64,000 bases of DNA from Candidatus Peribacteria bacterium. Its GTDB lineage: Bacteria > Patescibacteriota > Gracilibacteria > Peribacterales > Peribacteraceae. Shown here in pieces: positions 1 to 8,945 of this stretch. A program made the position numbers and the translations under genes. Below the pieces are notes generated by a model. It ran no database searches and was not told the origin of the DNA. It worked only from the letters and a program-made list of their open reading frames with translations. The stretch's first letter is position 1, and each line of letters begins with the position of its first letter. The stretch covers positions 160,001 to 224,000 of the forward strand of contig JBEPVF010000002.1 of NCBI GenBank assembly GCA_041691135.1, written 5' to 3'.

Positions 1-516
1 CCACTCATCAGAAAAAATCTCGCATCACTCGGCAGACCTGTAGCAAGAATCGTGGACAGAGACACTCACTATATAGTAATCGACAAGAAATACTCTGATT
101 TGGCTGAAGGCTTGCTCATGGATATTCGGCACCGCGATAAAGACAAAGGCCCTTTCATGGATGGTTTTTTAGTGGGCAAAAGCAAGCCATTATCTAAATC
201 TGAAAACGCTCCACTGCCCTTAGAGCCAGAAGCAATGACCATTCGGGATTTGCTAAGTGAAACTGAAAGGGGTCATCTACTTTTTTCTGAATTAGTGGTG
301 TTACTCGCTCAGCTTGGCATTGAAAAAGAGACGGGGAAAGGCAGTCATACAAAATACACCAATCCGGTTGCGGATAGATTCTGCATTCTCTCGAATCGCT
401 ATACACGTACTCATAATACTGAGATTCCAATTGGAATAGTAAGAGATAGCCTTGAAGATTTACATCTTTCTGAAGAGCAAATGAAAATGTTGGAATCAGC
501 TTTAGAAAAATTGTAG
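1..516 (+). CDS. 5'-truncated protein ending in a HicA-like (dsRBD-fold mRNA interferase) domain
   Basis: Frame is open from base 1. The C-terminal part has ELVVLLAQLG...GKGSH.K and EIPIGIVRDSLEDL, matching the HicA GxGSH pattern. Confidence 0.55.
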   Translation, partial: PLIRKNLASLGRPVARIVDRDTHYIVIDKKYSDLAEGLLMDIRHRDKDKGPFMDGFLVGKSKPLSKSENAPLPLEPEAMTIRDLLSETERGHLLFSELVVLLAQLGIEKETGKGSHTKYTNPVADRFCILSNRYTRTHNTEIPIGIVRDSLEDLHLSEEQMKMLESALEKL

Positions 517-552
517 TCGGACAGGAACCGAATTATGTTATAGATTTGAATC

Positions 553-1059
553 ATGGATGCCCTATCGATTCTAGAACTGGCAGAGATCCGTAAAGCACTC
601 GTGCAAATCTTTGCGTTCACGTTGGAGCTTCAAAAAAGTAACCCCTTGGCTTGCTATATAAAGGCGCCCCAAATTCCTTCTATATTTTCAGAGTCGCTGA
701 CGGTTCACCTCTTGCGAAGAGGACTGATATTGCCTGAACTACAAGCAGCCACATTTACTATCGGAGGCATTGCTGATGTAACTGGAATCCAAGATAAAGT
801 ACTGACTAAAATTGAGGTAAAGGCAACCGGAGACAAAGGCTTTCAACGTCTTGGCATTAAAGACCTGCAGGCTGATTATCTCGTATGGATACATTTTAAT
901 TTATTTTTTAAGGGTCAAGCACATGAACCTATGACAGTATGGACGGTTGCGAAGCCAGCAAGATTTTTCCAAAAACCAGGAATACTGACGATGAAGAACT
1001 TCAAATTAAAGGCTGCTGCTCTGCAAGAACATTCTATTGCATTCGACGACTTACATTAA
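553..1059 (+). CDS. PD-(D/E)xK nuclease, restriction-endonuclease-like (resembles Bsp6I family)
   Basis: P..FSE helix, then ADV...KIEVKAT catalytic motif, then DYLVWIHF strand; 168 aa. Confidence 0.55.
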   Translation: MDALSILELAEIRKALVQIFAFTLELQKSNPLACYIKAPQIPSIFSESLTVHLLRRGLILPELQAATFTIGGIADVTGIQDKVLTKIEVKATGDKGFQRLGIKDLQADYLVWIHFNLFFKGQAHEPMTVWTVAKPARFFQKPGILTMKNFKLKAAALQEHSIAFDDLH

Positions 1060-1060
1060 C

Positions 1061-1088
1061 AAAAGGGGCCGCTCTCGCAGCCCCTTTC
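1061..1088. terminator. Bidirectional intrinsic terminator
   Basis: AAAGGGGC-c-GC-tctc-GC-a-GCCCCTTT hairpin between convergent genes. Confidence 0.75.
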
Positions 1089-1125
1089 TATTCCCTTGCC
1101 GATGATGTTTTGTTGCGGGATCACA

Positions 1126-1554
1126 TTATTGACCCTTGGGACCGCCTGGCCCCGATTCGATCTTGGTCACATTGAAGGCGCTATCAAACTTCACCGTCAC
1201 ATGTGAACCGTCCGCTTTGGTCATGTGCGCTTCGTAGGCATCGCCTTCGGCGTCAGTCTCGACGCGGTCGACGGTGCCGCCGGGGACTGCCACAAGGGCA
1301 GCAGCAGTTACCTTGGACGCATTGTCTCCCGTCAGTAACTCTTCCTTCGTGCCGTTCGCTCCGACGTGTCCGCCTTGGTGAGGATCGAATTGAGTATCTG
1401 CAACATCCGTATCCGGATCTGCCTGGCTCACTTGCGCCTGTGAGGTGGTGGCGGAGCTGACTTGCTGTGCGCTGGATATCTGGGCGAGGAGTGGAATCGC
1501 AAGTACCATGCTGGACATGCCGGCGATGGCGCCGATCGTGAATTTGTTCTTCAT
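1126..1554 (-). CDS. Secreted PepSY-like domain protein
   Basis: Signal peptide MKNKFTIGAIAG...SSA. The segment AALVAVPGGTVDRVETDAEGDAYEAHMTKADGSHVTVKFD is PepSY-like. Start reassigned to ATG 1554. Confidence 0.75.
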   Translation of the reverse strand: MKNKFTIGAIAGMSSMVLAIPLLAQISSAQQVSSATTSQAQVSQADPDTDVADTQFDPHQGGHVGANGTKEELLTGDNASKVTAAALVAVPGGTVDRVETDAEGDAYEAHMTKADGSHVTVKFDSAFNVTKIESGPGGPKGQ

Positions 1555-1640
1555 AGAATGAGGTGGTAAGAAGTAAAAAAGAAGTAAACGTTGTCGCGAC
1601 AATTGCCACTATATGTACGTGGCATTAAGACTCGGATAAC
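1469..1640 (-). repeat. Promoter/leader/signal-peptide repeat, copy 1 (copy 2 at 6878-7046)
   Basis: Shared CATAGAATGAGGTGGTAAGAAGTAAAAAAG, palindrome TTGTCGCGACAA and TTGCCACTATA; homologous signal-peptide codons. Confidence 0.9.
1608..1640 (-). promoter_or_regulatory. -10 TATAGT with an upstream 11-bp-period tandem box (OmpR/PhoB-type site)
   Basis: Minus strand reads gTTATC-cgagt-cTTAAT-N10-TATAGT; the same layout occurs at 7014-7046. Confidence 0.5.
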
Positions 1641-1678
1641 GTCGCTGCCACTTTCACAACGTTGTACTATTGATCGAC

Positions 1679-2482
1679 ATGATTCGCCTCCTCCAGCCTT
1701 CTGATCGGCAATTGATCCTCGACTATGTCTATGCAGCTGAAAAGGAGAACATGTTCATCATCGGCAGCTTCAACCGGCCTGAGCCGTTTGAAAACAACGT
1801 GTATCTCGGTAGTTTTACGAACGATCTGCTGGTAGGACTTGGAACATTTTTCAAGCGTTTCGGCAGCCTCGTTGTTCATGCGCATGATGAAGAGGTCCTC
1901 AGAAATGTGACGAACTATTTCGGCGAACGAAAAGTGCCGATTGAATTTGTTCCAGCCTTTAAGAAGTATGCCACTCCAACGATCGAAGCACTTCGGCACT
2001 TCGGCTATGAGCCAACCGAGATCGCGGATCAAACAGTTTTTCTGCTGACATCAGATTCCTTCACCGATCACTCCGATGAATCGACGGCGTTGGCAACGGA
2101 ACAGGACATCGATGAAATCATCCGTCTGCAATGGGCAGCTGATGAAGAAGATCCGCATCAGGAAATTACAGAAAAGGATCGGCGGCAAATCCTGATCGAC
2201 TCGGAATTCATCACGAAACTCGACGGCAAGATCATCTCGAGCGCCAATGTTCAGGGTGTCTCGGAGCACTACATTCAGATCGGCGGCGTCGCAACCCATC
2301 CAGACTATCAAGGCAAAGGATATGCCAAACGAACAGTGAGTGCCGTCTGTCGATACTGGATGGCCAGAGGAAAGCACGTCCTGCTTTTCTGCCGGAATGA
2401 AAATGTGGCTGCGCTCAAGGTCTATGCCGCACTAGGCTTTCAGTCCATCGATGAATTTGTCATTGGTGTCTATAATGTGTAA
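1679..2482 (+). CDS. GNAT family N-acetyltransferase
   Basis: IGGVATHPDYQGKGYA (acetyl-CoA motif A) and ENVAALKVYAALGF. Confidence 0.9.
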   Translation: MIRLLQPSDRQLILDYVYAAEKENMFIIGSFNRPEPFENNVYLGSFTNDLLVGLGTFFKRFGSLVVHAHDEEVLRNVTNYFGERKVPIEFVPAFKKYATPTIEALRHFGYEPTEIADQTVFLLTSDSFTDHSDESTALATEQDIDEIIRLQWAADEEDPHQEITEKDRRQILIDSEFITKLDGKIISSANVQGVSEHYIQIGGVATHPDYQGKGYAKRTVSAVCRYWMARGKHVLLFCRNENVAALKVYAALGFQSIDEFVIGVYNV

Positions 2483-2655
2483 TTAACGAAAACCCTGCTT
2501 TTTCCTTTAAGGAATGGGACAATCGCCTACTTTTTTTACTCTAATTGACTGTTGAATGGCTTCAGGATCAGTTGTGGGCTGGTAAGGGATTGAGCCAAAT
2601 TTCAGCCATTAGTCGTAATATTGACTAATTCATAAAAATTAGTTAAAAAATACGT

Positions 2656-4206
2656 GTGTCCGAAGACCAAAGCGCTGATGAAAGGCAATACTTTGAGAAC
2701 CTTGCGACAAATTGTCGTGCTCAATCAGTAACAGTACCTCACACTCAAACTAGTAAGCGACTTGCCAAACTTGATGACCATCAAGTGGAAGCGATGGAAA
2801 AAATTGCTGAAGCTGTAGAAGGAGGAATTGAAAGACAACAAAATACAATCCGTGGCTTAATCACACATTGTTGCGGCTCAGGTAAAACTTGGGTTCAGAC
2901 CAATCTTGCAATTGCCTCAGCTCTTGCTCGTAAGAATTCAGACAATCAAAACGGAAAGGATATTCTTGTCGGAACAGAACGATCTTCCATCCTTCAACTC
3001 GAAGACTATTGCAATAATGCAGGTCTAGATACAGGCGTATGGGGCGCTGGCAGGCGCATGTTAGACCGACCAACTTTAGTGACCACTATTCAAGCGCTTC
3101 AGGTAAATCAAAGAGATCTCAATCGACTTTTTGGAAACAACATACACTTGCTTGTCGGTGACGAAGCAGATTTGTATTTAAGCGGACCTCGTTCAGAAGT
3201 GATCAAGCAAGTTCCCGCCAAAGTAAAAGTTGGCTTCACGGGAACACCCGATTTGCCCGACGGGAGACACGCGAGTGAGGTATGGGGTGAAGTTCTAAGT
3301 ACACTCTCTTTGCGCGATGGAATTTTAAAAAGCAAAAACGTTCCACCATATTACTATCTCTATGGAGCAAACATCGATGAGTCTTCTTTCAAAATGCGAG
3401 GCGATGACTACGATCCAAGTACTGTCGCAGCTGCACTTGCACAAGTAGAAATCTGGAACGCACTTCCTGATCTATATGATCGCCTCGTACCCATTGGTCG
3501 GCGCAAGGAGTTACCGACGCTGATGTATTTGCCAAATGTTGATCTTGTTCGTTCCGTGACTGAGGAATTACGGAGGCGACACGGTGATAAATTGGATATT
3601 CGCTACTGGTCAGGTGATGATACCTCTTCGAGTGAGCTCAAGGATGATATAGAAGACTACGATAATGGTAACGTGCACATTCTGGGATTATGTGAGATGG
3701 GCGGAAGAAGTTTAAATTTCGTAAATGCCCGAATCCTCTTCGATTGTTATCCAACTCAGTCTAAACGCAAGTACGAGCAACGAGTGGCAAGAGTAATGAG
3801 GCGTATTTGGCCAGGCTCAGAGTTACATAACCGTGGCATTAGAAAAGAAGGATGCACTATTATTCAAATAGTTCCCACACGTCGCCAGGGTAGCCATTAC
3901 TTTCGCCCGGTAACCCTACCCGATATCTTAGGTGAAGATACTTGGATAGATGTAAAAAAAGGACAACCCTTGCTGGCAGGACAGCGTAATCACGATGACT
4001 CCAATGGCGCTCCTATCTTGCAAGATATTATTGATTTACGTGAGCAAATCCAAGCGCAGAACCCTGACTATTCACTCCAGCTCATTCAAGAATTAGACGT
4101 ACTACGAGAACTACGTACACGTGGAAATCTGCCGCGAGCAGATCTCGACGGAGGACGTTTTTACTTAGGCCGAAAATATGTCCGCAGAGGATCTCCCACT
4201 GAATAA
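2656..4206 (+). CDS. Superfamily 2 (DEAD/DEAH, ResIII-like) helicase/ATPase
   Basis: Walker A CGSGKT, motif II GDEAD, motif III GFTGTP, motif VI YEQRVARVMR. Confidence 0.85.
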   Translation: MSEDQSADERQYFENLATNCRAQSVTVPHTQTSKRLAKLDDHQVEAMEKIAEAVEGGIERQQNTIRGLITHCCGSGKTWVQTNLAIASALARKNSDNQNGKDILVGTERSSILQLEDYCNNAGLDTGVWGAGRRMLDRPTLVTTIQALQVNQRDLNRLFGNNIHLLVGDEADLYLSGPRSEVIKQVPAKVKVGFTGTPDLPDGRHASEVWGEVLSTLSLRDGILKSKNVPPYYYLYGANIDESSFKMRGDDYDPSTVAAALAQVEIWNALPDLYDRLVPIGRRKELPTLMYLPNVDLVRSVTEELRRRHGDKLDIRYWSGDDTSSSELKDDIEDYDNGNVHILGLCEMGGRSLNFVNARILFDCYPTQSKRKYEQRVARVMRRIWPGSELHNRGIRKEGCTIIQIVPTRRQGSHYFRPVTLPDILGEDTWIDVKKGQPLLAGQRNHDDSNGAPILQDIIDLREQIQAQNPDYSLQLIQELDVLRELRTRGNLPRADLDGGRFYLGRKYVRRGSPTE

Positions 4207-5671
4207 CGACGGCGATAAGGAGCGATGGGGCATTCCAGAAGGATGGAGTGAGGTCTTGAATTTACCTGTAAAAACTATTAAAGATCGAATGGAAATTTCA
4301 GAAGGCGATCAACACTTGGACGGAAACGGCAGAATGAGAATCTTCTATGCTGAATCGTATGTGCGCGAGCAACTTAAAGATGTCTTGGAAATGTCAATAG
4401 CACAAAGAGGAGGAGGTTTCATGCGAAAAGGCGAATTACATGGCCACAAAAAATTTTGGTCAGACTATTTAGAAGAAAGTTTCAAAATGGAAAAGGGCTG
4501 TATATCAATACTACTAAATCAATATGGAGAAGGCGTCACTGGTATAACTCATGCTGGCACCATAAGAGATGAGGCATATTTTCCTGAGAGCCAAGTAATG
4601 AATATTGTGGAAGCAATTCCTATGGCCGATAAAGAAAAATGCCTAAGACAAGGAGATAATTACTATTGGACAATCCACAGTAGTCCTGATGACTATCGTG
4701 ATAGATTTGATTTTCAATATGACGAAATTGTCATTGCAAAATCTCCATCAGGCAAAGCTAGAATTTATTATCTCGAGGAAGCTGTAGAGCGCGTTAAAGG
4801 ATACAATCCGCACAAATTCGAGGAGGAGATGCTTCTAGCTACAGAAAGACGTATCAAAATGAACGAAGCAGAACGTCTTGCTCCACAATTCGACTTAAAA
4901 AGACAGTATATGCGCTGTGATAGAAAGACTGTTGAATCAATGACAATCACCGAAGCTAATAATATAGAATCTATGGTTGCAATTGCAATAGATACTCATC
5001 CTACATCAGCAGACTTTTTAACTTTTCGAAACAGTATACTGCGCTTTAGAATTGGATCTTGGCAAAGATTTGCAAAAGTATTTGGCTACAATGGTGATCC
5101 AAATGAGGATTTCATACTTCGTCTAAAAATTGCAGAAAGGATATATGGAAAAGAAGATCCATTTGTTATTACAAAAACATTAGAAACTTATGAGCTTCTG
5201 AAGTACCCCCATGAAGAGTTGGGTGAAGTTGCACTTCAATGGGCAGATGATATAAGAGCAAAGGCGGTAAACTCTGAAATATGGTTCAATTGCGCGGAGC
5301 AATTGGCTAAGAAACATTACAGGATTAGTGATACTGCTCTTCACAAATTTGCAAAGAGAGTGGGCTATTCAGCAGGACGACTTAAACACCCTGAGGTGAG
5401 AATGATAATTGGATTTATCCTCTATGGAACTAATGATCAGTTCTTATTTTCGCGCATAGAGCAATATGAGTCGCTAAACCTTCTGATTAGAGGAAGATTT
5501 TTTAATGTGCCTAAGAAAGATCCAGAAATAAGGCACGATGCTACTGGAGAAATCATCGACCCTTCTGCTGATTTCGTAATTAGTCCATTTGCCCCCGAAT
5601 CACAGAAAGCTCCATTTTGGCTTAAACAACTTCGACAAAGACTAATTGACTCTAAAACTGCACAAGAATAA
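4178..5671 (+). CDS. Hypothetical protein, possibly the frameshifted C-terminal half of the helicase
   Basis: 497-aa AT-rich ORF overlapping the helicase end by 29 nt in the +1 frame; degenerate repeats such as IFYAESYV, AYFPESQV and IYYLEEAV. Confidence 0.65.
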   Translation: MSAEDLPLNNDGDKERWGIPEGWSEVLNLPVKTIKDRMEISEGDQHLDGNGRMRIFYAESYVREQLKDVLEMSIAQRGGGFMRKGELHGHKKFWSDYLEESFKMEKGCISILLNQYGEGVTGITHAGTIRDEAYFPESQVMNIVEAIPMADKEKCLRQGDNYYWTIHSSPDDYRDRFDFQYDEIVIAKSPSGKARIYYLEEAVERVKGYNPHKFEEEMLLATERRIKMNEAERLAPQFDLKRQYMRCDRKTVESMTITEANNIESMVAIAIDTHPTSADFLTFRNSILRFRIGSWQRFAKVFGYNGDPNEDFILRLKIAERIYGKEDPFVITKTLETYELLKYPHEELGEVALQWADDIRAKAVNSEIWFNCAEQLAKKHYRISDTALHKFAKRVGYSAGRLKHPEVRMIIGFILYGTNDQFLFSRIEQYESLNLLIRGRFFNVPKKDPEIRHDATGEIIDPSADFVISPFAPESQKAPFWLKQLRQRLIDSKTAQE

Positions 5672-5701
5672 CGTTCCCCTTAATCCTTCCCCTCCTCCCT
5701 T

Positions 5702-6127
5702 ATGGATTTCTCCAACATCAATCTCCTTGCCGTCCTCGTCGCAGCCATCGCTGCCTTTGTGATCGGCTTCCTGTGGCACGGGCCGCTCTTCGGCAAACAG
5801 TGGATGGCGATGATGAACATTCCTCAGTCGGAAGTGGATGCTATGCAGGCCAAGGGCATGGGACCGATGGTGCCCAGTATGATCGCCGCGCTGGTGCAGC
5901 AGATCATCACCGCATTCGTCATGGCACACCTCGCCAACGCACTCGCAATCACCGATGCCACAGCCGCCGTGCTGTTTGCCGTCTTGATCTGGCTCGGCTT
6001 CTTCGCAACGACGATGCTCAATGCCGTGCTGTGGGAGAAGAGAAAGATGAATCTGTATCTGTTCAACATCACCTACCATCTCGTCTCGCTCATCGTTGTC
6101 GCACTGATCGTGGTGCTGTGGCGCTGA
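5702..6127 (+). CDS. DUF1761 family membrane protein
   Basis: INLLAVLVAAIAAFVIGFLWHGPLFGKQWM N-terminus; four hydrophobic helices. Confidence 0.85.
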   Translation: MDFSNINLLAVLVAAIAAFVIGFLWHGPLFGKQWMAMMNIPQSEVDAMQAKGMGPMVPSMIAALVQQIITAFVMAHLANALAITDATAAVLFAVLIWLGFFATTMLNAVLWEKRKMNLYLFNITYHLVSLIVVALIVVLWR

Positions 6128-6151
6128 ACATTGGAATCATTTCACTCAAAT

Positions 6152-6182
6152 AAAAAGGAGCTGCCCTGCAGCTCCTTTTTTT
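6152..6182. terminator. Bidirectional intrinsic terminator
   Basis: AAAAAGGAGCTGC-cct-GCAGCTCCTTTTT between convergent genes. Confidence 0.85.
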
Positions 6183-6219
6183 CCCTTTCCCTCTGATGTC
6201 ATCGATTCGCATACCTCGA

Positions 6220-6963
6220 CTACTGAGCCGAGGAAGTCTGATTTGTTGCAGTCCCCTTCGACGGACGCGTTGGGAGCGTCACGCCTTTTTCGGCTGCGAT
6301 TTGCTGAATCGTCTTACCGCTGTCGAGTGCCGTTTGGAGTTCTGCCTCCGTCATACCGAGTTTCTGCGCGAGCATATCGTTACGCGGACCGTGTCTGAAA
6401 CCCATTGGAGATGCCGGTAATGTCACGCCTTTTTCCGTGGCGATTTGCTGGATAGTCTTTCCCCCGGCGAGCGCCGCTTTAAGTTCCGTCTCGGTCATAC
6501 CGAGTTTCGCAGCGAGCTCAGCCGAATTCGGACCATCATGTCCCGAGCCACCGCGGCCGCCGAAGCCGAATGGCATCATGGCGGACTTCAGGCCGGCATT
6601 CGCCGTGATCGCATTTTGAACGGTCGCACGCTCGGCTTGATCGGCTGTCTTAACAGCCGCTTCGCGTTGCGTTTCATCGGTGATAGATGCGGCCGCTGTG
6701 AGTGCGGCTATATGCGTTTGGGCAACGTTTTTCTGGATCGTGACCATAGCATCGATGTTCGCAAGGAATGCATTATCTCTGGCAATGAGGTCTTGAACGC
6801 TCTGTTGCGTCGAACCGGGAATCACGCGTGGAGAAAATGCTGTGTTGGTCGCACCGGACTCCGTTGGGGCCGAAGCGGCACTGGATACCTGGGCAATGAT
6901 CGGCACTGCGAGTGCCAGTGAGGACATACCGGCGATGACGCCGAGTGTGAATTTATTCTTCAT
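6220..6963 (-). CDS. Secreted helical-repeat protein
   Basis: Signal peptide MKNKFTLGVIAG...; two copies of LAxKLGMTExELxxALxxGKTIQQIAxEKGVTLP. Confidence 0.75.
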   Translation of the reverse strand: MKNKFTLGVIAGMSSLALAVPIIAQVSSAASAPTESGATNTAFSPRVIPGSTQQSVQDLIARDNAFLANIDAMVTIQKNVAQTHIAALTAAASITDETQREAAVKTADQAERATVQNAITANAGLKSAMMPFGFGGRGGSGHDGPNSAELAAKLGMTETELKAALAGGKTIQQIATEKGVTLPASPMGFRHGPRNDMLAQKLGMTEAELQTALDSGKTIQQIAAEKGVTLPTRPSKGTATNQTSSAQ

Positions 6964-7046
6964 AGAATGAGGTGGTAAGAAGTAAAAAAGTAAATCTTGT
7001 CGCGACAATTGCCACTATAAGGACGTGACATTAAGACAGGCATAAA
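6878..7046 (-). repeat. Promoter/leader/signal-peptide repeat, copy 2
   Basis: Direct-repeat homolog of 1469-1640; palindrome TTGTCGCGACAA at 6997-7008. Confidence 0.9.
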
Positions 7047-7325
7047 TATTTCTATTACTTTGACTAGATATTTCTCACCACCTTTTATTCACTCCCTCAG
7101 CAATAAATGTATGTGAAACAAAATACTTGACAAAAATTTACATAGAGAGTTTAATCAGACTAACACGAAAAGGCCCGACATCATCACTTTGCCCACCCCA
7201 ACTGCCGCTTCCATTAGCCCCCGGCGGCGCTTTCTTTGCATATACCACATTCACCGGCCACATCATCGGCACAGTTGTACCTGTTCTTTTACATATCGGA
7301 ATAGCAGTAATTTCCCCCTATTTTT

Positions 7326-8024
7326 ATGAACCGCATTTCTTCCCCTAGCGAAGGCAGTCCTACACCAGAATCATCACCGCGCATCGGATTCGATAGCCCT
7401 GATTTGAATAAGCCATTGCCACCATCGATCCAAAATATCATTCGTGGCAAAACAAAGCATATTCTCGACAATCCGGAGTCCAAGAAGGATGAACCGACCC
7501 CAAATGAACCGCCAAGCTTCCCGATCGATACCATCGATGGATCGTCCGGCACCCAGCGACCGCCGAAGCAACCTGCTTCTATATCTCCTGATTCACAGGC
7601 ACAAACACCAAGCGAATCTCTTCGCGATCGCGAGCCTCCCATGCCAACCATTCGTCCGACAGACAAAGAAGCTACGCCTTACTCATACGATAGTTGGAAA
7701 GTGGAAAGTGATCGCCGACGTGAGGAATGGCGAGCAGCATCGTATCAACGGCAACAGCAATTTCTGGACGAATCCGATAAGAGGCATCAGGAATTCATGG
7801 CAGAAGTAGAGCGAGACCACCAGGAATTTCTACTGTTGATTCAAGACACTAATGCGGAATTCATACGCTGGGTCATAGAAACACACCAGGAGTTCATGCG
7901 ATGGTGTGACGAGTCTCACAGTCAATTCATGATGACATCTCAGATGCAGATGGACGCATTCCATATGCATTTGCAGCAAGACGCTCTCACCGGCGCAACC
8001 GCACCAAGCGTATCCGCTGAATAA
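7326..8024 (+). CDS. Hypothetical protein: Pro/Ser-rich N-half plus 11-residue helical repeats
   Basis: An aromatic residue recurs every 11 aa from W124 to F212; HQEF occurs three times. Confidence 0.7.
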   Translation: MNRISSPSEGSPTPESSPRIGFDSPDLNKPLPPSIQNIIRGKTKHILDNPESKKDEPTPNEPPSFPIDTIDGSSGTQRPPKQPASISPDSQAQTPSESLRDREPPMPTIRPTDKEATPYSYDSWKVESDRRREEWRAASYQRQQQFLDESDKRHQEFMAEVERDHQEFLLLIQDTNAEFIRWVIETHQEFMRWCDESHSQFMMTSQMQMDAFHMHLQQDALTGATAPSVSAE

Positions 8025-8045
8025 TCTCTTTTCCCCCTCTTAATT

Positions 8046-8621
8046 ATGGTCGCTCTTCCCGCACAGCCATCGCGCGAGCCAGAGAAACAACCATCGCTTA
8101 TTCTGTCACCCTCCGACTTGAGCAGGGCACCTGACAATAGTCTCGACGATATCGATTTCACTAATAGTGTATACGCCGGGATCGCTCAGTTGCTCGAACA
8201 ACTTGCCATTGTGGAACGACGAATGGAAGCACAGCCGCAAACGCAAGATGGGCAAGAGTCACACGATATTTCTGCAGACGTGGTAGACGAGAAGCACCGG
8301 ACTCGTCAGCGTCTGCATGATATTTTTCTACGGGATCACGACTATGCAAACGGACCCCAAATGGTTCTGATGCCGTCCGATGTGTATGCGCATCCCCTGT
8401 CTCACAACAAGCTGCGTTTTCGCGATACCACCTTGAAGGAAATCGCTCGCTATATTGATACGATCGCCACCTACGAAAAGGAGTTGGAATCGCATCTGAC
8501 AAATCGTGACTCGCTGGATAAACTCGAGAGACAAGCGATGATTGCAAGTACGCTCGGTCACTTGAAAAGTCACAAGGATCACCTGACCAAAATATTGACG
8601 GGTTTTTTTGATCGACGGTGA
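8046..8621 (+). CDS. Hypothetical helical protein
   Basis: 191-aa ORF 21 nt after the previous gene, preceded by a pyrimidine-rich leader. Confidence 0.6.
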   Translation: MVALPAQPSREPEKQPSLILSPSDLSRAPDNSLDDIDFTNSVYAGIAQLLEQLAIVERRMEAQPQTQDGQESHDISADVVDEKHRTRQRLHDIFLRDHDYANGPQMVLMPSDVYAHPLSHNKLRFRDTTLKEIARYIDTIATYEKELESHLTNRDSLDKLERQAMIASTLGHLKSHKDHLTKILTGFFDRR

Positions 8622-8636
8622 ATGGCTACGGCTTCC

Positions 8637-8664
8637 GCCCCGTCCCCCACAAAGGGGACGGGGC
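8637..8664. repeat. Perfect 11-bp GC-rich hairpin without a U tract
   Basis: GCCCCGTCCCC-cacaaa-GGGGACGGGGC. Confidence 0.7.
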
Positions 8665-8945
8665 TCAGCTACAACAATCTCAGACAACAACTATTCTGAT
8701 CATGACATGCAATGGTGGTGACCTGACGACTATCGGGCTGCACCGTAATACGGGAACGGCAAGTAATAGGCGAACTCTTTACGAGAAACTTCTGACTCTG
8801 TCGCCTGTTCAGGAGAATGAATGGACATGGGAGAGGGCGCATTCTAGATTTTTTCTCGCGGGTAGCAAGAAAATCGAACACAACATTCCCTGTGACGTTT
8901 ATCAGACCATCGATTTTTTACGAGATCAGAAGCTTACAATTGGCT

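Noticed and set aside
6246-6520. Direct DNA repeat of about 100 bp
   Set aside because: Explained by the two protein repeats (LAxKLGMTE...EKGVTLP); not CRISPR or a mobile element.
7050-7325. Long leader upstream of the 7326 ORF, considered as a riboswitch or ncRNA
   Set aside because: A plausible TTGACA-N17-TTTAAT promoter is present, but no recognisable aptamer or convincing structure.
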